Positions 39,701-53,708 of a stretch of DNA of 64,000 nucleotides are shown piece by piece. The DNA lies in NCBI RefSeq assembly GCF_009914755.1, contig NC_060943.1. The stretch is one strand, 5' to 3'. Each line of letters begins with the position of its first letter. Position 1 is the stretch's first letter. This DNA is from the human T2T-CHM13v2.0 reference genome, Homo sapiens. The position numbers and the translations under genes were made by a program. The notes under the pieces were generated by a model. The model saw only the letters and a program-made list of their open reading frames with translations, ran no database searches and was not told where the DNA came from.

Positions 39701-42700
39701 CGGGATTTCTTCATATTCTGCTAGAAAGAAGAATTCTCAGTAACTTCCTTGTGTTGTGTGTATTCAACTCACAGAGTTGAACGATCCTTTACACAGAGCA
39801 GACTTTAAACACTCTTTTTGTGGAATTTGCAAGTGGAGATTTCAGCCGCTTTGAGTTCAATGGTAGAATAGGAAATATCTTCCTATAGAAACTAGACAGA
39901 ATGATTCTCAGAAACTCCTTTGTGATGTGTGCGTTCAACTCACACAGTTTAACCTTTCTTTTCATAGAGCAGTTAGGAAACACTCTGTTTGTAAAGTCTG
40001 CAAGTGGATATTCAGACCTCCTTGAGGCCTTCGTTGGAAACGGGATTTCTTCATATTCTGCTAGACAGAAGAATTCTCAGTAACTTCCTTGTGTTGTGTG
40101 TATTCAACTCACAGAGTTGAACGATCCTTTACACAGAGCAGACTTGAAACACTCTTTTTGTGGAATTTGCAAGTGGAGATTTCAGCCGCTTTGAGTTCAA
40201 TGGTAGAATAGGAAATATCTTCCTATAGAAACTAGACAGAATGATTCTCAGAAACTCCTTTGTGATGTGTGCGTTCAACTCACAGAGTTCAACCTTTCTT
40301 TTCATAGAGCAGTTGGGAAACACTCTGTTTGTAAAGTCTGCAAGTGGATATTCAGACTTCTTTGAGGCCTTCGTTGGAAGCGGGATTTCTTCATATTCTG
40401 CTAGACAGAAGAATTCTCAGTAACTTCCTTGTGTTGTGTGTATTCAACTCACAGAGTTGAACGATCCTTTACACAGAGCAGACTTGAAACACTCCTTTTG
40501 TGGAATTTGCAAGTGGAGATTTCAGCCGCTTTGAGGTCAATGGTAGAATAGGAAATATCTTCCTATAGAAAGTAGACAGAATGATTCTCAGAAACTCCTT
40601 TGTGATGTGTGCGTTCAACTCACAGAGTTTAACCTTTCTTTTCATAGAGCAGTTAGGAAACACTCTGTTTGTAAAGTCTGCAAGTGGATATTCAGACCTC
40701 CTTGAGGCCTTCGTTGGAAACGGGATTTCTTCATATTATGCTAGACAGAAGAATTCTCAGTAACTTCCTTGTGTTGTGTGTATTCAACTCACAGAGTTGA
40801 ACGATCCTTTACACAGAGCAGACTTGAAACACTCTTTTTGTGGAATTTGCAAGTGGAGATTTCAGCCGCTTTGAGTTCAATGGTAGAATAGGAAATATCT
40901 TCCTATAGAAACTAGACAGAATGATTCTCAGAAACTCCTTTGTGATGTGTGCGTTCAACTCACAGAGTTCAACCTTTCTTTTAATAGAGCAGTTGGGAAA
41001 CACTCTGTTTGTAAAGTCTGCAAGTGGATATTCAGACTTCTTTGAGGCATTCGTTGGAAGCGGGATTTCTTCATATTCTGCTAGACAGAAGAATTCTCAG
41101 TAACTTCCTTGTGTTGTGTGTATTCAACTCACAGAGTTGAACGATCCTTTACACAGAGCAGACTTGAAACACTCTTTTTGTGGAATTTGCAAGTGGAGAT
41201 TTCAGCCGCTTTGAGGTCAATGGTAGAATAGGAAATATCTTCCTATAGAAACTAGACAGAATGATTCTCAGAAACTCCTTTGTGATGTGTGCGTTCAACT
41301 CACAGAGTTTACCCTTTCTTTTCATAGAGCAGTTAGGAAACACTCTGTTTGTAAAGTCTGCAAGTGGATATTCAGACATCCTTGAGGCTTTCGTTGGAAA
41401 CGGGATTTCTTCATATTCTGCCAGAAAGAAGAATTCTCAGTAACTTCCTTGTGTTGTGTGTATTCAACTCACAGAGTTGAACGATCCTTTACACAGAGCA
41501 GACTTGAAACACTCTTTTTGTGGAATTTGCAAGTGGAGATTTCAGCCGCTTTGAGGTCAATGGTAGAATAGGAAATATCTTCCTATAGAAACTAGACAGA
41601 ATGATTCTCAGAAACTCCTTTGTGATGTGTGCGTTCAACTCACAGAGTTCAACCTTTCTTTTCATAGAGCAGTTGGGAAACACTCTGTTTGTAAAGTCTG
41701 CAAGTGGATATTCAGACTTCTTTGAGGCCTTCGTTGGAAGCGGGATTTCTTCATGTTCTGCTAGACAGAAGAATTCTCAGTAACTGCCTTGTGTTGTGTG
41801 TATTCAACTCACAGAGTTGAAGGATCCTGTACACAGAGCAGACTTGAAACACTCCTTTTGTGGAATTTGCAAGTGGAGATTTCAGCCGCTTTGAGGTCAA
41901 TGGTAGAATAGGAAATATCTTCCTATAGAAACTAGACAGAATGATTCTCAGAAACTCCTTTGTGATGTGTGCGTTCAACTCACAGAGTTTAACCTTTCTT
42001 TTCATAGAGCAGTTAGGAAACACTCTGTTTGTAAAGTCTGCAAGTGGATATTCAGACATCCTTGAGGCTTTCGTTGGAAACGGGATTTCTTCATATTCTG
42101 CTAGAAAGAAGAATTCTCAGTAACTTCCTTGTGTTGTGTGTATTCAACTCACAGAGTTGAACGATCCTTTACACAGAGCAGACTTGAAACACTCTTTTTG
42201 TGGAATTTGCAAGTGGAGATTTCAGCCGCTTTGAGGTCAATGGTAGAATAGGAAATATCTTCCTATAGAAACTAGACAGAATGATTCTCAGAAACTCCTT
42301 TGTGATGTGTGCGTTCAACTCACAGAGTTTAACCTTTCTGTTCATAGAGCAGTTAGGAAACACTCTGTTTGTAAAGTCTGCAAGTGGATATTCAGACATC
42401 CTTGAGGCTTTCGTTGGAAACGGGATTTCTTCATATTCTGCTAGAAAGAAGAATTCTCAGTAACTTCCTTGTGTTGTGTGTATTCAACTCACAGAGTTGA
42501 ACGATCCTTTACACAGAGCAGACTTGAAACACTCTTTTTGTGGAATTTGCAAGTGGAGATTTCAGCCGCTTTAGTTCAATGGTAGAATAGGAAATATCTT
42601 CCTATAGAAACTAGACAGAATGATTCTCAGAAACTCCTTTGTGATGTGTGCGTTCAACTCACAGAGTTCAACCTTTCTTTTAATAGAGCAGTTGGGAAAC

Positions 42701-45700
42701 ACTCTGTTTGTAAAGTCTGCAAGTGGATATTCAGACTTCTTTGAGGCCTTCGTTGGAAGCGGGATTTCTTCATATTCTGCTAGACAGAAGAATTCTCAGT
42801 AACTTCCTTGTGTTGTGTGTATTCAACTCACAGAGTTGAACGATCCTTTACACAGAGCAGACTTGAAACACTCTTTTTGTGGAATTTGCAAGTGGAGATT
42901 TCAGCCGCTTTGAGGTCAATGGTAGAATAGGAAATATCTTCCTATAGAAACTAGACAGAATGATTCTCAGAAACTCCTTTGTGATGTGTGCGTTCAACTC
43001 ACAGAGTTTAACCTTTCTTTTCATAGAGCAGTTAGGAAACACTCTGTTTGTAAAGTCTGCAAGTGGATATTCAGACATCCTTGAGGCTTTCGTTGGAAAC
43101 GGGATTTCTTCATATTCTGCTAGAAAGAAGAATTCTCAGTAACTTCCTTGTGTTGTGTGTATTCAACTCACAGAGTTGAACGATCCTTTACACAGAGCAG
43201 ACTTGAAACACTCTTTTTGTGGAATTTGCAAGTGGAGATTACAGCCGCTTTAGTTCAATGGTAGAATAGGAAATATCTTCCTATAGAAACTAGACAGAAT
43301 GATTCTCAGAAACTCCTTTGTGATGTGTGCGTTCAACTCACAGAGTTCAACCTTTCTTTTAATAGAGCAGTTGGGAAACACTCTGTTTGTAAAGTCTGCA
43401 AGTGGATATTCAGACTTCTTTGAGGCCTTCGTTGGAAGCGGGATTTCTTCATATTCTGCTAGACAGAAGAATTCTCAGTAACTTCCTTGTGTTGTGTGTA
43501 TTCAACTCACAGAGTTGAACGATCCTTTACACAGAGCAGACTTGAAACACTCTTTTTGTGGAATTTGCAAGTGGAGATTTCAGCCGCTTTGAGGTCAATG
43601 GTAGAATAGGAAATATCTTCCTATAGAAACTAGACAGAATGATTCTCAGAAACTCCTTTGTGATGTGTGCGTTCAACTCACAGAGTTTAACCTTTCTTTT
43701 CATAGAGCAGTTAGGAAACACTCTGTTTGTAAAGTCTGCAAGTGGATATTCAGACATCCTTGAGGCTTTCGTTGGAAACGGGATTTCTTCATATTCTGCT
43801 AGAAAGAAGAATTCTCAGTAACTTCCTTGTGTTGTGTGTATTCAACTCACAGAGTTGAACGATCCTTTACACAGAGCAGACTTGAAACACTCTTTTTGTG
43901 GAATTTGCAAGTGGAGATTTCAGCCGCTGTGAGGTCAATGGTAGAATAGGAAATATCTTCCTATAGAAAATAGACAGAATGATTCTCAGAAACTCCTTTG
44001 TGATGTGTGCGTTCAACTCACAGAGTTCAACCTTTCTTTTCATAGAGCAGTTGGGAAACACTCTGTTTGTAAAGTCTGCAAGTGGATATTCAGACTTCTT
44101 TGAGGCCTTCGTTGGAAGCGGGATTTCTTCATATTCTGCTAGACAGAAGAATTCTCAGAAACTTCCTTGTGTTGTGTGTTTTCAACTCACAGAGTTGAAC
44201 GATCCTTTACACAGAGCAGACTTGAAACACTCCTTTTGTGGAATTTGCAAGTGGAGATTTCAGCCGCTTTGAGGTCAATGGTAGAATAGGAAATATCTTC
44301 CTATAGAAACTAGACAGAATGATTCTCAGAAACTCCTTTGTGATGTGTGCGTTCAACTCACAGAGTTTAACCTTTCTTTTCATAGAGCAGTTAGGAAACA
44401 ATCTGTTTGTAAAGTCTGCAAGTGGATATTCAGACCTCCTTGAGGCCTTCGTTGGAAGCGGGATTTCTTCATGTTCAGCTAGACAGAAGAATTCTCAGAA
44501 ACTTCCTTGTGTTGTGTGTTTTCAACTCACAGAGTTGAACGATCCTTTACACAGAGCAGACTTGAAACACTCTTTTTGTGGAATTTGCTAGTGGAGATTT
44601 CAGCCGCTTTGAGGTCAATGGTAGAATAGGAAATATCTTCCTATAGAAACTAGACAGAATGATTCTCAGAAACTCCTTTGTGATGTGTGTGTTCAACTCA
44701 CAGAGTTCAACCTTTCTTTTCATAGAGCAGTTGGGAAACACTCTGTTTGTAAAGTCTGCAAGTGGATATTCAGACTTCTTTGAGGCCTTCGTTGGAAGCG
44801 GGATTTCTTCATGTTCTGCTAGACAGAAGAATTCTCAGAAACTTCCTTGTGTTGTGTGTTTTCAACTCACAGAGTTGAACGATCCTTTACACAGAGCAGA
44901 CTTGAAACACTCCTTTTGTGGAATTTGCAAGTGGAGATTTCAGCCGGTTTGAGGTCAATGGTAGAATAGGAAATATCTTCCTATAGAAACTAGACAGAAT
45001 GATTCTCAGAAACTCCTTTGTGATGTGTGCGTTCAACTCACAGAGTTTAACCTTTCTTTTCATAAAGCAGTTAGGAAACACTCTGTTTGTAAAGTCTGCA
45101 AGTGGATATTCAGACATCCTTGAGGCTTTCGTTGGAAACGGGATTTCTTCATATTCTGGTAGAAAAAAGAATTCTCAGTAACTTCCTTGTGTTGTGTGTA
45201 TTCAACTCACAGAGTTGAACGATCCTTTACACAGAGCAGACTTGAAACACTCTTTTTGTGGAATTTGCAAGTGGAGATTTCAGCCGCTTTGTGTTCAATG
45301 GTAGAATAGGAAATATCTTCCTATAGAAACTAGACAGAATGATTCTCAGAAACTCCTTTGTGATGTGTGCGTTCAACTCACAGAGTTCAACCTTTCTTTT
45401 CATAGAGCAGTTGGGAAACACTCTGTTTGTAAAGTCTGCAAGTGGATATTCAGACTTCTTTGAGGCCTTCGTTGGAAGCGGGATTTCTTCATGTTCTGCT
45501 AGAAAGAAGAATTCTCAGTAACTTCCTTGTGTTGTGTTTATTCAACTCACAGAGTTGAACGATCCTTTACACAGAGCAGACTTGAAACACTCTTTTTGTG
45601 GAATTTGCAAGTGGAGATTTCAGCCGCTTTGAGGTCAATGGTAGAATAGGAAATATCTTCCTATAGAAACTAGACAGAATGATTCTCAGAAACTCCTTTG

Positions 45701-48700
45701 TGATGTGTGCGTTCAACTCACAGAGTTTAACCTTTCTTTTCATAGAGCAGTTAGGAAACACTCTGTTTGTAAAGTCTGCAAGTGGATATTCAGACATCCT
45801 TGAGGCTTTCGTTGGAAACGGGATTTCTTCATATTCTGCTAGAAAGAAGAATTCTCAGTAACTTCCTTGTGTTGTGTGTATTCAACTCACAGAGTTGAAC
45901 GATCCTTTACACAGAGCAGACTTTAAACACTCTTTTTGTGGAATTTGCAAGTGGAGATTTCAGCCGCTTTGAGTTCAATGGTAGAATAGGAAATATCTTC
46001 CTATAGAAACTAGACAGAATGATTCTCAGAAACTCCTTTGTGATGTGTGCGTTCAACTCACACAGTTTAACCTTTCTTTTCATAGAGCAGTTAGGAAACA
46101 CTCTGTTTGTAAAGTCTGCAAGTGGATATTCAGACCTCCTTGAGGCCTTCGTTGGAAACGGGATTTCTTCATATTCTGCTAGACAGAAGAATTCTCAGTA
46201 ACTTCCTTGTGTTGTGTGTATTCAACTCACAGAGTTGAACGATCCTTTACACAGAGCAGACTTGAAACACTCTTTTTGTGGAATTTGCAAGTGGAGATTT
46301 CAGCCGCTTTGAGTTCAATGGTAGAATAGGAAATATCTTCCTATAGAAACTAGACAGAATGATTCTCAGAAACTCCTTTGTGATGTGTGCGTTCAACTCA
46401 CAGAGTTCAACCTTTCTTTTCATAGAGCAGTTGGGAAACACTCTGTTTGTAAAGTCTGCAAGTGGATATTCAGACTTCTTTGAGGCCTTCGTTGGAAGCG
46501 GGATTTCTTCATATTCTGCTAGACAGAAGAATTCTCAGTAACTTCCTTGTGTTGTGTGTATTCAACTCACAGAGTTGAACGATCCTTTACACAGAGCAGA
46601 CTTGAAACACTCCTTTTGTGGAATTTGCAAGTGGAGATTTCAGCCGCTTTGAGGTCAATGGTAGAATAGGAAATATCTTCCTATAGAAAGTAGACAGAAT
46701 GATTCTCAGAAACTCCTTTGTGATGTGTGCGTTCAACTCACAGAGTTTAACCTTTCTTTTCATAGAGCAGTTAGGAAACACTCTGTTTGTAAAGTCTGCA
46801 AGTGGATATTCAGACCTCCTTGAGGCCTTCGTTGGAAACGGGATTTCTTCATATTATGCTAGACAGAAGAATTCTCAGTAACTTCCTTGTGTTGTGTGTA
46901 TTCAACTCACAGAGTTGAACGATCCTTTACACAGAGCAGACTTGAAACACTCTTTTTGTGGAATTTGCAAGTGGAGATTTCAGCCGCTTTGAGTTCAATG
47001 GTAGAATAGGAAATATCTTCCTATAGAAACTAGACAGAATGATTCTCAGAAACTCCTTTGTGATGTGTGCGTTCAACTCACAGAGTTCAACCTTTCTTTT
47101 AATAGAGCAGTTGGGAAACACTCTGTTTGTAAAGTCTGCAAGTGGATATTCAGACTTCTTTGAGGCATTCGTTGGAAGCGGGATTTCTTCATATTCTGCT
47201 AGACAGAAGAATTCTCAGTAACTTCCTTGTGTTGTGTGTATTCAACTCACAGAGTTGAACGATCCTTTACACAGAGCAGACTTGAAACACTCTTTTTGTG
47301 GAATTTGCAAGTGGAGATTTCAGCCGCTTTGAGGTCAATGGTAGAATAGGAAATATCTTCCTATAGAAACTAGACAGAATGATTCTCAGAAACTCCTTTG
47401 TGATGTGTGCGTTCAACTCACAGAGTTTACCCTTTCTTTTCATAGAGCAGTTAGGAAACACTCTGTTTGTAAAGTCTGCAAGTGGATATTCAGACATCCT
47501 TGAGGCTTTCGTTGGAAACGGGATTTCTTCATATTCTGCCAGAAAGAAGAATTCTCAGTAACTTCCTTGTGTTGTGTGTATTCAACTCACAGAGTTGAAC
47601 GATCCTTTACACAGAGCAGACTTGAAACACTCTTTTTGTGGAATTTGCAAGTGGAGATTTCAGCCGCTTTGAGGTCAATGGTAGAATAGGAAATATCTTC
47701 CTATAGAAACTAGACAGAATGATTCTCAGAAACTCCTTTGTGATGTGTGCGTTCAACTCACAGAGTTCAACCTTTCTTTTCATAGAGCAGTTGGGAAACA
47801 CTCTGTTTGTAAAGTCTGCAAGTGGATATTCAGACTTCTTTGAGGCCTTCGTTGGAAGCGGGATTTCTTCATGTTCTGCTAGACAGAAGAATTCTCAGTA
47901 ACTGCCTTGTGTTGTGTGTATTCAACTCACAGAGTTGAACGATCCTGTACACAGAGCAGACTTGAAACACTCCTTTTGTGGAATTTGCAAGTGGAGATTT
48001 CAGCCGCTTTGAGGTCAATGGTAGAATAGGAAATATCTTCCTATAGAAACTAGACAGAATGATTCTCAGAAACTCCTTTGTGATGTGTGCGTTCAACTCA
48101 CAGAGTTTAACCTTTCTTTTCATAGAGCAGTTAGGAAACACTCTGTTTGTAAAGTCTGCAAGTGGATATTCAGACATCCTTGAGGCTTTCGTTGGAAACG
48201 GGATTTCTTCATATTCTGCTAGAAAGAAGAATTCTCAGTAACTTCCTTGTGTTGTGTGTATTCAACTCACAGAGTTGAACGATCCTTTACACAGAGCAGA
48301 CTTGAAACACTCTTTTTGTGGAATTTGCAAGTGGAGATTTCAGCCGCTTTGAGGTCAATGGTAGAATAGGAAATATCTTCCTATAGAAACTAGACAGAAT
48401 GATTCTCAGAAACTCCTTTGTGATGTGTGCGTTCAACTCACAGAGTTTAACCTTTCTGTTCATAGAGCAGTTAGGAAACACTCTGTTTGTAAAGTCTGCA
48501 AGTGGATATTCAGACATCCTTGAGGCTTTCGTTGGAAACGGGATTTCTTCATATTCTGCTAGAAAGAAGAATTCTCAGTAACTTCCTTGTGTTGTGTGTA
48601 TTCAACTCACAGAGTTGAACGATCCTTTACACAGAGCAGACTTGAAACACTCTTTTTGTGGAATTTGCAAGTGGAGATTTCAGCCGCTTTAGTTCAATGG

Positions 48701-48950
48701 TAGAATAGGAAATATCTTCCTATAGAAACTAGACAGAATGATTCTCAGAAACTCCTTTGTGATGTGTGCGTTCAACTCACAGAGTTCAACCTTTCTTTTA
48801 ATAGAGCAGTTGGGAAACACTCTGTTTGTAAAGTCTGCAAGTGGATATTCAGACTTCTTTGAGGCCTTCGTTGGAAGCGGGATTTCTTCATATTCTGCTA
48901 GACAGAAGAATTCTCAGTAACTTCCTTGTGTTGTGTGTATTCAACTCACA
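36800..48950 (+). repeat. Large (~21-dimer) tandem duplication with internal dimer losses; offset falls 7138 -> 6458 -> 6118 bp
   Basis: Dimers at 36841/37181/37521 match 43979/44319/44659. AGAAAAAAG occurs at 38708/45166. GACTTTAAAC (39806/45924), GAGGCATTCG, ATCCTGTAC, TTCTGTTC and GCTTTAG all recur at offset 6118. Confidence 0.8.
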
Positions 48951-51330
48951 GAGTTGAACGATCCTTTACACAGAGCAGACTTGAAACACTCCTTTTGTGG
49001 AATTTGCAAGTGGAGATTTCAGCCGCTTTGAGGTCAATGGTAGAATAGGAAATATCTTCCTATAGAAAGTAGACAGAATGATTCTCAGAAACTCCTTTGT
49101 GATGTGTGCGTTCAACTCACAGAGTTTAACCTTTCTTTTCATAGAGCAGTTAGGAAACACTCTGTTTGTAAAGTCTGCAAGTGGATATTCAGACCTCCTT
49201 GAGGCCTTCGTTGGAAACGGGATTTCTTCATATTATGCTAGACAGAAGAATTCTCAGTAACTTCCTTGTGTTGTGTGTATTCAACTCACAGAGTTGAACG
49301 ATCCTTTACACAGAGCAGACTTGAAACACTCTTTTTGTGGAATTTGCAAGTGGAGATTTCAGCCGCTTTGAGTTCAATGGTAGAATAGGAAATATCTTCC
49401 TATAGAAACTAGACAGAATGATTCTCAGAAACTCCTTTGTGATGTGTGCGTTCAACTCACAGAGTTCAACCTTTCTTTTAATAGAGCAGTTGGGAAACAC
49501 TCTGTTTGTAAAGTCTGCAAGTGGATATTCAGACTTCTTTGAGGCCTTCGTTGGAAGCGGGATTTCTTCATATTCTGCTAGACAGAAGAATTCTCAGTAA
49601 CTTCCTTGTGTTGTGTGTATTCAACTCACAGAGTTGAACGATCCTTTACACAGAGCAGACTTGAAACACTCTTTTTGTGGAATTTGCAAGTGGAGATTTC
49701 AGCCGCTTTGAGGTCAATGGTAGAATAGGAAATATCTTCCTATAGAAACTAGACAGAATAATTCTCAGAAACTCCTTTGTGATGTGTGCGTTCAACTCAC
49801 AGAGTTTACCCTTTCTTTTCATAGAGCAGTTAGGAAACACTCTGTTTGTAAAGTCTGCAAGTGGATATTCAGACATCCTTGAGGCTTTCGTTGGAAACGG
49901 GATTTCTTCATATTCTGCCAGAAAGAAGAATTCTCAGTAACTTCCTTGTGTTGTGTGTATTCAACTCACAGAGTTGAACGATCCTTTACACAGAGCAGAC
50001 TTGAAACACTCTTTTTGTGGAATTTGCAAGTGGAGATTTCAGCCGCTTTGAGGTCTATGGTAGAATAGGAAATATCTTCCTATAGAAACTAGACAGAATG
50101 ATTCTCAGAAACTCCTTTGTGATGTGTGCGTTCAACTCACAGAGTTCAACCTTTCTTTTCATAGAGCAGTTGGGAAACACTCTGTTTGTAAAGTCTGCAA
50201 GTGGATATTCAGACTTCTTTGAGGCCTTCGTTGGAAGCGGGATTTCTTCATGTTCTGCTAGACAGAAGAATTCCCAGTAACTGCCTTGTGTTGTGTGTAT
50301 TCAACTCACAGAGTTGAACGATCCTGTACACAGAGCAGACTTGAAACACTCCTTTTGTGGAATTTGCAAGTGGAGATTTCAGCCGCTTTGAGGTCAATGG
50401 TAGAATAGGAAATATCTTCCTATAGAAACTAGACAGAATGATTCTCAGAAACTCCTTTGTGATGTGTGCGTTCAACTCACAGAGTTTAACCTTTCTTTTC
50501 ATAGAGCAGTTAGGAAACACTCTGTTTGTAAAGTCTGCAAGTGGATATTCAGACATCCTTGAGGCTTTCGTTGGAAACGGGATTTCTTCATATTCTGCTA
50601 GAAAGAAGAATTCTCAGTAACTTCCTTGTGTTGTGTGTATTCAACTCACAGAGTTGAACGATCCTTTACACAGAGCAGACTTGAAACACTCTTTTTGTGG
50701 AATTTGCAAGTGGAGATTTCAGCCGCTTTGAGGTCAATGGTAGAATAGGAAATATCTTCCTATAGAAACTAGACAGAATGATTCTCAGAAACTCCTTTGT
50801 GATGTGTGCGTTCAACTCACAGAGTTTAACCTTTCTGTTCATAGAGCAGTTAGGAAACACTCTGTTTGTAAAGTCTGCAAGTGGATATTCAGACATCCTT
50901 GAGGCTTTCGTTGGAAACGGGATTTCTTCATATTCTGCTAGAAAGAAGAATTCTCAGTAACTTCCTTGTGTTGTGTGTATTCAACTCACAGAGTTGAACG
51001 ATCCTTTACACAGAGCAGACTTGAAACACTCTTTTTGTGGAATTTGCAAGTGGAGATTTCAGCCGCTTTAGTTCAATGGTAGAATAGGAAATATCTTCCT
51101 ATAGAAACTAGACAGAATGATTCTCAGAAACTCCTTTGTGATGTGTGCGTTCAACTCACAGAGTTCAACCTTTCTTTTAATAGAGCAGTTGGGAAACACT
51201 CTGTTTGTAAAGTCTGCAAGTGGATATTCAGACTTCTTTGAGGCCTTCGTTGGAAGCGGGATTTCTTCATATTCTGCTAGACAGAAGAATTCTCAGTAAC
51301 TTCCTTGTGTTGTGTGTATTCAACTCACAG
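46572..51330 (+). repeat. 7-dimer (2379-bp) tandem duplication
   Basis: TTTTAATAG, TTTACCC, ATCCTGTAC (47947/50326), TTCTGTTC and the GCTTTAG deletion (~48690/51069) recur at offset 2379. Confidence 0.88.
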
Positions 51331-53030
51331 AGTTGAACGATCCTTTACACAGAGCAGACTTGAAACACTCTTTTTGTGGAATTTGCAAGTGGAGATTTCA
51401 GCCGCTTTGAGGTCAATGGTAGAATAGGAAATATCTTCCTATAGAAACTAGACAGAATGATTCTCAGAAACTCCTTTGTGATGTGTGCGTTCAACTCACA
51501 GAGTTTAACCTTTCTTTTCATAGAGCAGTTAGGAAACACTCTGTTTGTAAAGTCTGCAAGTGGATATTCAGACATCCTTGAGGCTTTCGTTGGAAACGGG
51601 ATTTCTTCATATTCTGCTAGAAAGAAGAATTCTCAGTAACTTCCTTGTGTTGTGTGTATTCAACTCACAGAGTTGAACGATCCTTTACACAGAGCAGACT
51701 TGAAACACTCTTTTTGTGGAATTTGCAAGTGGAGATTTCAGCCGCTGTGAGGTCAATGGTAGAATAGGAAATATCTTCCTATAGAAAATAGACAGAATGA
51801 TTCTCAGAAACTCCTTTGTGATGTGTGCGTTCAACTCACAGAGTTTAACCTTTCTTTTCATAGAGCAGTTAGGAAACACTCTGTTTGTAAAGTCTGCAAG
51901 TGGATATTCAGACCTCCTTGAGGCCTTCGTTGGAAACGGGATTTCTTCATATTATGGTAGACAGAAGAATTCTCAGTAACTTCCTTGTGTTGTGTGTATT
52001 CAACTCACAGAGTTGAACGATCCTTTACACAGAGCAGACTTGAAACACTCTTTTTGTGGAATTTGCAAGTGGAGATTACAGCCGCTTTAGTTCAATGGTA
52101 GAATAGGAAATATCTTCCTATAGAAACTAGACAGAATGATTCTCAGAAACTCCTTTGTGATGTGTGCGTTCAACTCACAGAGTTCAACCTTTCTTTTAAT
52201 AGAGCAGTTGGGAAACACTCTGTTTGTAAAGTCTGCAAGTGGATATTCAGACTTCTTTGAGGCCTTCGTTGGAAGCGGGATTTCTTCATATTCTGCTAGA
52301 CAGAAGAATTCTCAGTAACTTCCTTGTGTTGTGTGTATTCAACTCACAGAGTTGAACGATCCTTTACACAGAGCAGACTTGAAACACTCTTTTTGTGGAA
52401 TTTGCAAGTGGAGATTTCAGCCGCTTTGAGGTCAATGGTAGAATAGGAAATATCTTCCTATAGAAACTAGACAGAATGATTCTCAGAAACTCCTTTGTGA
52501 TGTGTGCGTTCAACTCACAGAGTTTAACCTTTCTTTTCATAGAGCAGTTAGGAAACACTCTGTTTGTAAAGTCTGCAAGTGGATATTCAGACATCCTTGA
52601 GGCTTTCGTTGGAAACGGGATTTCTTCATATTCTGCTAGAAAGAAGAATTCTCAGTAACTTCCTTGTGTTGTGTGTATTCAACTCACAGAGTTGAACGAT
52701 CCTTTACACAGAGCAGACTTGAAACACTCTTTTTGTGGAATTTGCAAGTGGAGATTTCAGCCGCTGTGAGGTCAATGGTAGAATAGGAAATATCTTCCTA
52801 TAGAAAATAGACAGAATGATTCTCAGAAACTCCTTTGTGATGTGTGCGTTCAACTCACAGAGTTTAACCTTTCTTTTCATAGAGCAGTTAGGAAACACTC
52901 TGTTTGTAAAGTCTGCAAGTGGATATTCAGACCTCCTTGAGGCCTTCGTTGGAAACGGGATTTCTTCATATTATGGTAGACAGAAGAATTCTCAGTAACT
53001 TCCTTGTGTTGTGTGTATTCAACTCACAGA
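50990..53030 (+). repeat. 3-dimer (1019-bp) tandem duplication
   Basis: The GCTTTAG deletion occurs at ~51069/52088, and GCCGCTGTGAG + GAAAATAG + TATGGTAG dimers occur at 51797/52816. Confidence 0.85.
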
Positions 53031-53708
53031 GTTGAACGATCCTTTACACAGAGCAGACTTGAAACACTCTTTTTGTGGAATTTGCAAGTGGAGATTTCAG
53101 CCGCTTTGAGGTCAATGGTAGAATAGGAAATATCTTCCTATAGAAACTAGACAGAATGATTCTCAGAAACTCCTTTGTGATGTGTGCGTTCAACTCACAG
53201 AGTTCAACCTTTCTTTTCATAGAGCAGTTGGGAAACACTCTGTTTGTAAAGTCTGCAAGTGGATATTCAGACTTCTTTGAGGCCTTCGTTGGAAGCGGGA
53301 TTTCTTCATATTCTGCTAGACAGAAGAATTCTCAGTAACTGCCTTGTGTTGTGTGTATTCAACTCACAGAGTTGCACGATCCTTTACACAGAGCAGACTT
53401 GAAACACTCTTTTTGTGGAATTTGCAAGTGGAGATTTCAGCCGCTTTGAGTTCAATGGTAGAATAGGAAATATCTTCCTATAGAAACTAGACAGAATGAT
53501 TCTCAGAAACTCCTTTGTGATGTGTGCGTTCAACTCACAGAGTTCAACCTTTCCTTTCATAGAGCAGTTGGGAAACACTCTGTTTGTAAAGTCTGCAAGT
53601 GGATATTCAGACTTCTTTGAGGCCTTCGTTGGAAGCGGGATTTCTTCATGTTCTGCTAGACAGAAGAATTCTCAGAAACTTCCTTGTGTTGTGTGTTTTC
53701 AACTCACA

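Noticed and set aside
41751-50556. Longer 102-aa minus-strand ORFs at 41751, 47869 and 50248
   Set aside because: A single T>G (ATCCTGTAC) removes a stop codon and was copied by duplication. This is not evidence of coding function.
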